Positions 27,653 to 35,858 of a stretch of DNA of 58,085 nt are shown in pieces. Position 1 is the stretch's first letter, and every line of letters starts with the position of its first letter. Source of the DNA: an uncultured Bacilli bacterium (GTDB lineage: Bacteria; Bacillota_I; Bacilli_A; RF39; UBA660); contig CAKOHQ010000001.1 in NCBI GenBank assembly GCA_934085875.1, positions 1 to 58,085 of the forward strand, in the 5' to 3' direction. The notes beneath the pieces are model-generated. The model did no database searches, had not been told where the DNA came from, and saw only the letters and a list, made by a program, of their open reading frames with translations. The position numbers and the translations under genes are program-made.

Positions 27653-27884
27653 TTTTTAATGTAGATAATAATTTATATGCTTTCATACCATCACCTCCTC
27701 ATACATATAAATATGTATTGTGGAGGTACACCTATAATTGCATCTCTGATATAATTATATAATATAAAAATCAACATTACAATAAACATCTATATAAAAT
27801 AATAGAAAATGTTTGTTAAAAATAAAATTGTTTTTTTAGTATAAAATTGATTTAATGATGAACACTATATAATGGTGATTTATA

Positions 27885-29198
27885 GTGATAAACGGTTATA
27901 ATATTAGAAAAATAAATGGAGAAGAAATACTTTGTTTGTATTTAGATTTATCTAGCGAGTTTGCTAATTTAGATTCTAAAAAAAATAAAAATTTAAAGAG
28001 TGAAATAAAAAAATATATTAAGAAAAATAAAATAAATTTTAAAGGTGTTAAAGTAGCTTTAGTTATTGGTGGATTTCTTGTTGGTACTGTTATGTTAAAT
28101 AATATAAAACAACCTGATAATAGTTTTAATAATAATAGTATTGTTGCTATAATGAATGAAGTACATGATAATATTACCAGTAATAATACTTTGCAGGAAG
28201 ATGAAACTAAGGAAGAAAATGTTGTTCTTCAAGATAGTGATGTTAATGTAGATGATAAAGTAAATAATGTAGATAACAATACTATTAGTCAAATAAATAA
28301 GGAAGAAGTAAAAAATAGAGATAATGTTGTTAAAGAAAGTAGTAATAAAGTAGAAGTAAAAACAGAAGAAGATATTGTTAAAGAAGTAGTTATTGATAAT
28401 AATATATATGTTAATGTTAGAAGAAATAATGGTAATATAGAAAAATATGAACTTGAAGAATATATAATTGGTGTGGTTGGTGCTGAGATGCCTGCATCAT
28501 TTAATAAAGAAGCGCTTAAGGCACAAAGTGTAGTTGCTAGGACATATGCTTTGAAATCTATAAAAAATAATAAACAATTAACTAGTAATAATAGTACACA
28601 AAATTTTAAAGATAATAATGAATTAAAAAAGATGTGGGGTAGTAGTTATAATACTTATTATAATAAAATAAAAAGTGCTGTTTTAGAAACAAAAGGATTA
28701 TATTTGTCATATAATAACGATTATGTTGATGCAGTATATCATTCTACTAGTAATGGGAATACAGAAGATGCAGTTTATGTTTGGGGTAATAGTGTACCTT
28801 ATTTAAAAAGTGTTAGTAGTGAATATGATAATACTAATAAAAATTATAATAGTACTATAACTTTAACTTATAATGAAATATCTAATAAATTAAAAAATAG
28901 TATTGATAGTAATACTAAATTTAATATTATAAGTAGAACTAGTGGTGATAGAGTAAAAGAAATGGAAATTAATGGAATAACATATAGTGGAGTAGAATTT
29001 AGAAAATTATTAAATTTAAGGTCAGCTGATTTTAGTATAGAAAATAATGGTGCTAATGTTGTTATAAGTACTAATGGATATGGACATGGTGTTGGTATGA
29101 GTCAATATGGTGCAAATGGAATGGCTAATAATGGAAGTAGTTACACTGATATATTATTACATTACTATACTGGTGTATCCATTAAAAATATTTATTAA
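27885..29198 (+). CDS. spoIID: Stage II sporulation protein D (SpoIID/LytB domain)
   Basis: AQSVVARTYAL, YHSTSNGNTEDA and GYGHGVGMSQYGANGMA motifs after an N-terminal TM segment and linker. Confidence 0.8.
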   Translation: MINGYNIRKINGEEILCLYLDLSSEFANLDSKKNKNLKSEIKKYIKKNKINFKGVKVALVIGGFLVGTVMLNNIKQPDNSFNNNSIVAIMNEVHDNITSNNTLQEDETKEENVVLQDSDVNVDDKVNNVDNNTISQINKEEVKNRDNVVKESSNKVEVKTEEDIVKEVVIDNNIYVNVRRNNGNIEKYELEEYIIGVVGAEMPASFNKEALKAQSVVARTYALKSIKNNKQLTSNNSTQNFKDNNELKKMWGSSYNTYYNKIKSAVLETKGLYLSYNNDYVDAVYHSTSNGNTEDAVYVWGNSVPYLKSVSSEYDNTNKNYNSTITLTYNEISNKLKNSIDSNTKFNIISRTSGDRVKEMEINGITYSGVEFRKLLNLRSADFSIENNGANVVISTNGYGHGVGMSQYGANGMANNGSSYTDILLHYYTGVSIKNIY

Positions 29199-29895
29199 AT
29201 ATAGTGTTTAATGTGTTAGATATTAAATCTGTTATGTGTGATACATATAAATCTATATTTGAATTAGTTAATAACATAGTTTTATTATTATTTATATATT
29301 CTAAAGATACTGGTATACCAATAGTTATTATTGGTTTTTTTAATAAATTATAATCTATTAATTTATTATTATTTAGTATACCACTACCTGGTTTAATACC
29401 TGTATTAGATATTTCAATAGTTTGATTAATGTAATTAATATTATTTGTTATAAAAGAATCTATTAAAATAACTAGGTTTGGTTTAATTAAGTTTGATATA
29501 CTTTTAATTATTTTATCAGTATTTATACCAGTAGAACCTAATATGCCTGGTATGAATGCTGATACTTTAATATTATTTATATTATCTAAACCTTTTACAT
29601 TATAATTAACTTTTATTTTATTTATAGTAATTGGTCCTATACTATCTGCTGTATTATTAATATTACCTAGTCCTATTATAAGTACATGTTTAATATTAAT
29701 ATTCAATTTATTAATAAAATGTAATATTTCTTTTAAAAATATATTATTTAAAGATTTATTATTAATATTATCAAATTTAATTGTATGATAAATATTTGTT
29801 TTATATATAGATTCTAATATTTGTATATTATTATATTTTTTTATTAATTTATATTCTTTGTTAGTATCTATATACATATCTGTTCTTAAATTCAT
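29182..29895 (-). CDS. gpr: Germination protease GPR (peptidase A25), short form
   Basis: NLRTDMYID, LIIGLGNINNTADSIGP, PGILGSTGINT and ISNTGIKPGSGI motifs. 237 aa, shorter than Bacillus GPR. Confidence 0.7.
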   Translation of the reverse strand: MNLRTDMYIDTNKEYKLIKKYNNIQILESIYKTNIYHTIKFDNINNKSLNNIFLKEILHFINKLNINIKHVLIIGLGNINNTADSIGPITINKIKVNYNVKGLDNINNIKVSAFIPGILGSTGINTDKIIKSISNLIKPNLVILIDSFITNNINYINQTIEISNTGIKPGSGILNNNKLIDYNLLKKPIITIGIPVSLEYINNNKTMLLTNSNIDLYVSHITDLISNTLNTIFNKYF

Positions 29896-29964
29896 ATATT
29901 TTCACCTAATATTATATTGATTAAATTATTAAATAAATATACAATATTAATAGAGGTTTTAAAT

Positions 29965-30795
29965 ATGGTAGTTATTGATAATATAAATAATTTAGATTTA
30001 GATAATACTATTTGTTGTGGACAAATATTTAGATATGAAAAGTTAGAAGATGATAGCTATATAGTTATATTAAAAGATAGGGTAGTTAAATTAAAATATA
30101 TAGATAATAAATTATATATTGATTCTAATAATATGAATAATATAGAAAATGTTATTAGAGAATATTTAGATTTGGATAGAGATTATATTAGTATAATAGA
30201 AAACATTAAAGAATGTGATGATGTACTTGGTAAATATTTAGATAAGTCTATTGGATTAAAGATGATTAAACAAGATCCTATAGAATGTATTGTTAGCTAT
30301 ATAATAAGTCAAAATAATAGTGTTAGAAATATAAAGAATAGTTTAGATTTAATAAGTTATAAGTTTGGGGATAAAGTTATGTTTTTAGATAAAGAATATT
30401 ATTTATTTCCTAGTATAGATAAATTAAGTAAAATAAGTTTAGATGAGTTTAGAGAATGTAAAGTAGGTTTTAGAGATAGATATTTAGTTGATATAATAAG
30501 TGATATTGTAGAGAATAGATTAAATGTTAATTATATATTTGAAATGAATAGTGAAGATAGTTTAAGATATTTGATGAGTTTTAGAGGAATAGGGATGAAA
30601 GTTGCTAGTTGTATTCTTTTGTTTGTTTATGGGAAGTATGATGTTTATCCAATAGATACTTGGGTTAAAAAATATATGGATACTAATTATGGTATTAAAG
30701 ATGAAAAGAAGATAAAAGAGTTTTGTAAAGAAAAATATGGTAAGTATAGTGGACTTGCTATTCAATATATGTTTAATGGTATGAGAAATATGTAA
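29965..30795 (+). CDS. ogg: 8-oxoguanine DNA glycosylase (HhH-GPD, clostridial Ogg type)
   Basis: NTICCGQIFRY N-terminus, FRGIGMKVASCILLF HhH motif, and YPIDTWV. Confidence 0.7.
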   Translation: MVVIDNINNLDLDNTICCGQIFRYEKLEDDSYIVILKDRVVKLKYIDNKLYIDSNNMNNIENVIREYLDLDRDYISIIENIKECDDVLGKYLDKSIGLKMIKQDPIECIVSYIISQNNSVRNIKNSLDLISYKFGDKVMFLDKEYYLFPSIDKLSKISLDEFRECKVGFRDRYLVDIISDIVENRLNVNYIFEMNSEDSLRYLMSFRGIGMKVASCILLFVYGKYDVYPIDTWVKKYMDTNYGIKDEKKIKEFCKEKYGKYSGLAIQYMFNGMRNM

Positions 30796-30906
30796 ATTTT
30801 TTTACGATTTATTTAATTATGTAGTTGATTTTTATAAAAAACTATATTAGAATTTATTTATAAGGTATGATAATACTCTTAAATAATAGAAAGGAAGATA
30901 TATATT

Positions 30907-31311
30907 ATGAAAAAATTAAATAAGAAAGGTTTTACATTAGTTGAATTACTTGCTGTTATAGTTGTACTTGCTTTATTAATGGTTGTTGCTGCTAGTAGTA
31001 TTGGAACAGCCTTAAAAAATTCTAAAAAATCTGCAACAAAAACAGAAGCTCAAAAAATTATTAGACAATTGTACCAAGATAATAAATCATTATCTTTAAC
31101 TGGTTCTTTAACAGCTGCTTCAGCTCAAGAAGGAACTGATGGAGATACTTTTACTTATAAGTATGATGTTGCCGCAACTGGAGCAATTAATAATTTTTGC
31201 TTAAAACATTCTGATGGGTATTGGGTTACTGGATCGATTGATGAAAATGGTAAAGAAACTATTGCAGATCCAGTAGAAGATAAACCTGATGATAGTAATT
31301 GTATTGATTAG
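30907..31311 (+). CDS. Type IV pilin (monocistronic, orphan)
   Basis: GGAAG RBS. Class III signal MKKLNKKG|FTLVELLAVIVVLALLMVVAA. A C-terminal Cys pair (C98, C132) could form a D-region disulfide. Confidence 0.8.
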   Translation: MKKLNKKGFTLVELLAVIVVLALLMVVAASSIGTALKNSKKSATKTEAQKIIRQLYQDNKSLSLTGSLTAASAQEGTDGDTFTYKYDVAATGAINNFCLKHSDGYWVTGSIDENGKETIADPVEDKPDDSNCID

Positions 31312-31348
31312 TAAACGATAAAATATATTAAAAAAAGAGAAAAATTAC

Positions 31349-31377
31349 TTGCATAATTCCCAAACCTGTAGTATAGT
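31349..31377 (+). promoter_or_regulatory. Promoter of tRNA-Pro
   Basis: TTGCAT - 17 nt - TATAGT, 35 nt upstream of the mature 5' end. Confidence 0.55.
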
Positions 31378-31412
31378 ATTAAGTAGTTAAGTTAATTAAC
31401 TGCTTTTTGTAT

Positions 31413-31489
31413 CGAGAAGTAGCACAGCTTGGTAGTGCACTTGGTTTGGGACCAAGGGGTCGCAGGTTCGAATCCTGTCTTCTCGACCA
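31413..31489 (+). tRNA. tRNA-Pro (anticodon UGG)
   Basis: Manual cloverleaf: acceptor CGAGAAG/CTTCTCG, anticodon loop TTTGGGA, T-loop TTCGAAT, encoded CCA. Confidence 0.9.
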
Positions 31490-31499
31490 TTTGATATTT

Positions 31500-31526
31500 A
31501 CAACACTTAAATGTGTTGTTTTTTTA
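31500..31526 (+). terminator. Terminator after tRNA-Pro
   Basis: ACAACAC-TTAAAT-GTGTTGT hairpin plus T7. Confidence 0.65.
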
Positions 31527-31628
31527 TGTCCCCTTGTCCCAAATTAAAACAAATAAAATATATTGATTATAAATATTCTATTTGTTAAATGTGCTACTTG
31601 TCGATATAAAAAATATATTTTATAATTT

Positions 31629-31988
31629 TTATCGAGAATTTTTTTGCCTTATATATTCTTCAAGTGGTATACTGTCCGATATATCTGAACAATTTCCTTC
31701 TTCATAATTTAGTGAAGCGTAATTAATATCTGCAATTTTATAATCGTAGAAATCATTATCGTTTATTTTTTCTATTATACATTCATAGTAGTAATATTTA
31801 TCATTGTTTTGATTGATAAATACTACATTATTGTTAAAGTAGTTTAATTTTGTTTTTTCATAAGAATCAATTACGTATGAATTGTTCTCAGAAGTATAAA
31901 CTGTATTTATTAAAAAAATTAAGTTAATAATTATTGATGTTGTAGCTATTGTTTTTAATAATTTTAAATTATTTGTTATTATCGTCAA
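31629..31988 (-). CDS. Hypothetical exported/anchored protein
   Basis: N-terminal hydrophobic segment. No recognisable motif. Confidence 0.4.
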   Translation of the reverse strand: MTIITNNLKLLKTIATTSIIINLIFLINTVYTSENNSYVIDSYEKTKLNYFNNNVVFINQNNDKYYYYECIIEKINDNDFYDYKIADINYASLNYEEGNCSDISDSIPLEEYIRQKNSR

Positions 31989-32006
31989 TCTATCTTTATG
32001 TTTAAT

Positions 32007-32246
32007 CTATAACCAACGATTTAAGCAATAGTAGAATAGTGCTGGATATTCTTTTGTTATTATAATTTCTTCGTTGTAGTATATTCTTATTGCTATAAAT
32101 ATTAGTGCTACTAGTATACTATTTATAATTAATTCTTTATTAATTTCTTTTTTTGAATAATGATTTATTTTTCCATTTGAAAATTTTAAATATGGATATA
32201 TGCAATATGAAAACATTGTTATTAATATTGATATAAATAATTTCAT
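32007..32246 (-). CDS. Hypothetical small membrane protein
   Basis: Two predicted TM helices. Co-directional with its neighbours. Confidence 0.35.
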   Translation of the reverse strand: MKLFISILITMFSYCIYPYLKFSNGKINHYSKKEINKELIINSILVALIFIAIRIYYNEEIIITKEYPALFYYCLNRWL

Positions 32247-32264
32247 TTTGATTTTCCTTTCTTT

Positions 32265-32873
32265 TTATTCTATTTCTACGTAATTTGAAGTTATTGATGG
32301 GATTGTTACAGAACTTCCCATTATTGAAGTGTAGGTTTCTAAACCATTCAACTCACCATATATGGTAATAATGTCATCTTCTAATATTCTTGGTGCATTT
32401 TCCATTGGAAAATATCTAACGTATATGGTATCTTCATATCCATAATCCGTTTTAGTTATATTTACTCTTAAGGTATACATTTTTATTACTCCGTAACTAT
32501 CTTCCATCACTTGAATAACCTCTCCAGTATATTTTACGTATTTTCCTTTGTAATCTTCTGCATATCTAAATATGTCTTTGTAATTATATGTTTGGCATTC
32601 CTCTTTATAAGTTTGTATTATTTCTTCATTTGTTTTTGCTGGTTTAGTTGTTGTGCTTGTAATTAATTCGCATTCTTTACTATCTTTATTTATTGTATAT
32701 CCATCAGGGCAAGTATAACATTCACTATCAATTAACGTACCTTCATCACATGATAGTTCACCATAATAATTTGCTCCAATTATTAATACTATTACTACAA
32801 ATAATGCAGTACAAATTGCTATTATTATGTAATTAGTTGCTTTTTTCTTTTTATCAATCATTTTACTCACCAA
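32265..32873 (-). CDS. Hypothetical membrane-anchored protein with a Cys-rich stalk and a beta-rich C-terminal domain
   Basis: N-terminal TM segment YIIIAICTALFVVIVLIIG, then CDEGTLIDSECYTCPDGYTINKDSKEC. No assigned family. Confidence 0.5.
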   Translation of the reverse strand: MVSKMIDKKKKATNYIIIAICTALFVVIVLIIGANYYGELSCDEGTLIDSECYTCPDGYTINKDSKECELITSTTTKPAKTNEEIIQTYKEECQTYNYKDIFRYAEDYKGKYVKYTGEVIQVMEDSYGVIKMYTLRVNITKTDYGYEDTIYVRYFPMENAPRILEDDIITIYGELNGLETYTSIMGSSVTIPSITSNYVEIE

Positions 32874-33129
32874 TTCCTTTATTTTTATATTTAATTATTT
32901 GTCAACCATTTTATATCGTTAACTCAATTTAATTATAATATATTTTTTATTGTTCGACAATAAATACTTGAGATAATTATATTAAAATATGAATATGTAT
33001 TTTATTATAATAAAATAAAATTAATAAAATATAATATTAATGATATTGTTTGACTTTGTATAAGGTCTTATATATAATATCAAGTACACAACTTTATTTG
33101 ATTTTTTAGAATGTTGTGTTATAATTTAA

Positions 33130-33254
33130 GTGATAGGAAGTTCTATCATATAAATATTTTTTGGACACAAAAAGAGTTGCTTAATATTCGTCGTTAAGTA
33201 CTTTCAGTCCAATTTGTTCTGTGGGTACCTAAATGAGTTTGGTACCTGTTTTTT
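33130..33254 (+). ncRNA. sRNA, family B copy 3 (antitoxin candidate)
   Basis: TTGATT (33098) - 16 nt - TGtTATAAT (33117-33125). The 5' end GUGAUAGG is as in the 27-kb copies. Terminator GGTACC-N11-GGTACC plus U6. A second promoter, TTGACT-17-TATAAT, lies at 33050-33078. Confidence 0.55.
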
Positions 33255-33318
33255 AATCCTTGTTGAAAAGTATTTTAAGTAGTATTAATATCACTACTAA
33301 GATTACTAAGTAATCCAT
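33253..33318 (-). CDS. 21-aa hydrophobic peptide (type I toxin candidate, family B)
   Basis: Product MDYLVILVVILILLKILFNKD. GGAAGGA lies 7 nt upstream of the ATG. Transcription unit TTGTAT-17-TATAAT (33429-33401). The stop overlaps the shared terminator. Confidence 0.45.
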   Translation of the reverse strand: MDYLVILVVILILLKILFNKD

Positions 33319-33449
33319 TTATTATTCCTTCCATAGGACCACCTCCTTCCACAAAAGTTGAGAGAGGTTGAGAGTACCTAACTTAAGCAACTCAATTGGT
33401 ATTATAATATATATTATATAATAATACAACGTTAAAATAGAGGTGTTTT

Positions 33450-33713
33450 ATGATAATTTATTTAATTATAATTAATTTTATTAGTTTTATTGTATATGGT
33501 GTAGATAAATTTTTGTCTATAAAACATTATTATAGAATAAGTGAATTTATATTACTTAGTTTTGGTTTTATAGGTGGAGTAGTTGGTTCTATACTAGGTA
33601 TGATATGTTTTAGGCATAAAACTAAAAAAATCAAATTTAAAGTATATTTGTTTTTATATTTTATATTATGGATATATATTTTATTAAAATTTTATAAAAT
33701 ATTTAACTATTAG
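33450..33713 (+). CDS. DUF1294 membrane protein
   Basis: YGVDKFLSIKHYYRISE...GGVVGSILGMICFRHKTKK signature. Confidence 0.7.
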   Translation: MIIYLIIINFISFIVYGVDKFLSIKHYYRISEFILLSFGFIGGVVGSILGMICFRHKTKKIKFKVYLFLYFILWIYILLKFYKIFNY

Positions 33714-33769
33714 TTTACATAGATTATTTTTTTTGCTATAATTTTTTATAGAATAGGAAGGTTGTTATT

Positions 33770-35464
33770 ATGGATAGTATGATAAAAGAAATAAATGACA
33801 ATTTGAAAGCTATATTAGAAACTATAAAAGATAATAGGGATAATTCAATTAATACTTTAGATAATATTCAAAATCAGATGGATAAAAAAGTTGAAGAAGC
33901 TAAGAAGTATAAGATTCAAGTTGATGCTAGTAAGGATAGAATAAACGAATTAGAGGATGAAAATAAATCTTTGGAATTATCTTTAAAAGAATTAAATGAT
34001 AAATATAGTAAGATGAATTTAGTAGGATTAATAGAAGCTGGTAATAGAGAAATTAAATCTAAAATTAATGAAAATATTGGTGCTATTAATAAAGAGAAAG
34101 AGCATATTCAAGAACTTACTAATAGAGCTAGAACTATTAAAGATTTATTAATTAATTTAAAGAAAGATAAAACTGTTAAAGAAGAAAAGTTAGAAAATTT
34201 AAATGTTGTTTATGAATATTATAATGCTAGAATAAATGATGTAATTGATTATGCTTTCGATCATGCTAATAATTTATCTGATTATAAAAAGCCTATGTAT
34301 TTACATGAAGATGTTGAATTAGATGATAGTGTTGTAGATAATAAAGAATTAGAAAATACAATGGTTTTTGATGAGATAGCTAGTATAGATAAGAATAAAA
34401 ATTTTAAGGATGAGATGTCTTTTATAAATGATGAGATAACTGATAAGTTTGCTTCTGATGATAATAATGAAGAAGTTAATAATAATAATTTAGTTGATAT
34501 AAATAGTGAAGATAATGATATAAAAAATAGTGAAGTTAGCATAGATTCTCATGAAGAAAATATTTTAGATAATAAAGAAAACAAAATTGAAGTAGATGAA
34601 GATAAAATACCTTTAGATAATTTTAATGAGAGTAAAGAAAATAATAAAGAAGTTATTTTTGATAATAAAGATAAAGTAAATAATAATAGTAATGATAATG
34701 ATTTTGAATTTAATAGTGATTTAGATAAAGATGATGATATTTTTTCTGATAATAACTTTGATAATAATGATAAGGTTAATGATAAAACAGATATATTAGA
34801 AATTAAAAAAGATGAAGATAAAGAGAATGAAGATAGAATAAATAAAATAAATGATTTATTTTCATCAATAAATGTTCCTAACGCTAGTGTAGGTACTGTA
34901 AATCCTGTTCAAGTTCCTAATGTTGAGACAAAGATAGATAATGCTTATAAAGATATTTTTGGTGAAGAATTAAATGAAAATGATTTAAATAAAAAAGATC
35001 CAACTTTGACAGATATATTTGGTAATCCTATTAAAAAAGAAGATTTAAGTGAAGAAGTTAAAACTGGTAAAAAATTAGAAGATTTATTTAATGAAAGTGG
35101 ATTGGATTTTAATAAATTTAGAGAAGATGAAAAAAATTATTTAAAACAAATATATAATGAAGAAAAATTTAGAAATGTAATTGAAACTTTAAAAAGAAAT
35201 AAAATTAATTTAAACAATATATATCATGCATTTAATATATTTGGAGAAATGAGTGCTAATGAACTTGAAAATATGATTACTAAACTAATTAATGTAGGTC
35301 AAAGTGTAGAGGCTATTGGGCTTGTATTAGAAAAATTACCTAAAGTTAAAAAATATAATTTAGATGAAGCAATAAATAGTTATGGTGACTATGTAAAAGA
35401 TTTGGATATTACAGAATTATTTATGAAAGCTAAAGAATTATATAAAAATGGAGGTAATTTATAA
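33770..35464 (+). CDS. Acidic coiled-coil protein (564 aa), unknown function
   Basis: N-terminal heptad-rich 150 aa, a long D/E/N low-complexity middle, and a helical-repeat C-terminus related to the next ORF. Confidence 0.6.
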   Translation: MDSMIKEINDNLKAILETIKDNRDNSINTLDNIQNQMDKKVEEAKKYKIQVDASKDRINELEDENKSLELSLKELNDKYSKMNLVGLIEAGNREIKSKINENIGAINKEKEHIQELTNRARTIKDLLINLKKDKTVKEEKLENLNVVYEYYNARINDVIDYAFDHANNLSDYKKPMYLHEDVELDDSVVDNKELENTMVFDEIASIDKNKNFKDEMSFINDEITDKFASDDNNEEVNNNNLVDINSEDNDIKNSEVSIDSHEENILDNKENKIEVDEDKIPLDNFNESKENNKEVIFDNKDKVNNNSNDNDFEFNSDLDKDDDIFSDNNFDNNDKVNDKTDILEIKKDEDKENEDRINKINDLFSSINVPNASVGTVNPVQVPNVETKIDNAYKDIFGEELNENDLNKKDPTLTDIFGNPIKKEDLSEEVKTGKKLEDLFNESGLDFNKFREDEKNYLKQIYNEEKFRNVIETLKRNKINLNNIYHAFNIFGEMSANELENMITKLINVGQSVEAIGLVLEKLPKVKKYNLDEAINSYGDYVKDLDITELFMKAKELYKNGGNL

Positions 35465-35751
35465 TGGAATATTTGTTTGATTTAGGATTTAGTTTAGAAG
35501 AAATAAATAATATTAAGAATAAATATGATAATAGTGTTATAGAAAAATTAGAGTTTTTTCCAAGATTAGTTAGTACTAATTATGAATATTTAAAGAGTTA
35601 TGGTATTAAAAATATTAAAGAATGTTTTATAAATCATTTAAATATGTTTTTTATGAATCCAGATAAATTTAGAAATATATTTAATAAATATGATAGAAAT
35701 GATTTAATTAGATGTATTGAAAAAAATGATCAAGTATTAGAAAAATTGTAA
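35464..35751 (+). CDS. Small helical-repeat protein (mTERF-like pattern)
   Basis: ATAATGG start/stop overlap with the previous gene. LFDLGFSLEEINNI...YLKSYGIKNIKECF resembles mTERF-type repeats of about 30 aa. Confidence 0.5.
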   Translation: MEYLFDLGFSLEEINNIKNKYDNSVIEKLEFFPRLVSTNYEYLKSYGIKNIKECFINHLNMFFMNPDKFRNIFNKYDRNDLIRCIEKNDQVLEKL

Positions 35752-35858
35752 AGAAATGTTATTTATTTAGATAATATTTCTTTTTTTGTCGATTTTTTGT
35801 GTTTTTATGATATAATTATTATGAATTATAATATGTTTTAGAGTAGTGAGGTGTTAGC

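Noticed and set aside
27572-27686. Polar overlapping frames behind the strong SDs (44 aa MKAYKLLSTLKNGILNGSC... here, and 19 aa MEGIINGLLSN... at 33334)
   Set aside because: They are not called as the main product. Their lengths and C-termini are not conserved between loci, and one runs into the terminator, whereas the hydrophobic frame stays hydrophobic despite many substitutions. They are kept as an open question in the findings.
31411-31640. 8-nt match ATCGAGAA between the tRNA-Pro 5' end and 31630, considered as an att-site repeat
   Set aside because: It is too short for this AT-rich sequence, involves the 5' rather than the 3' end of the tRNA, and no integrase is nearby.
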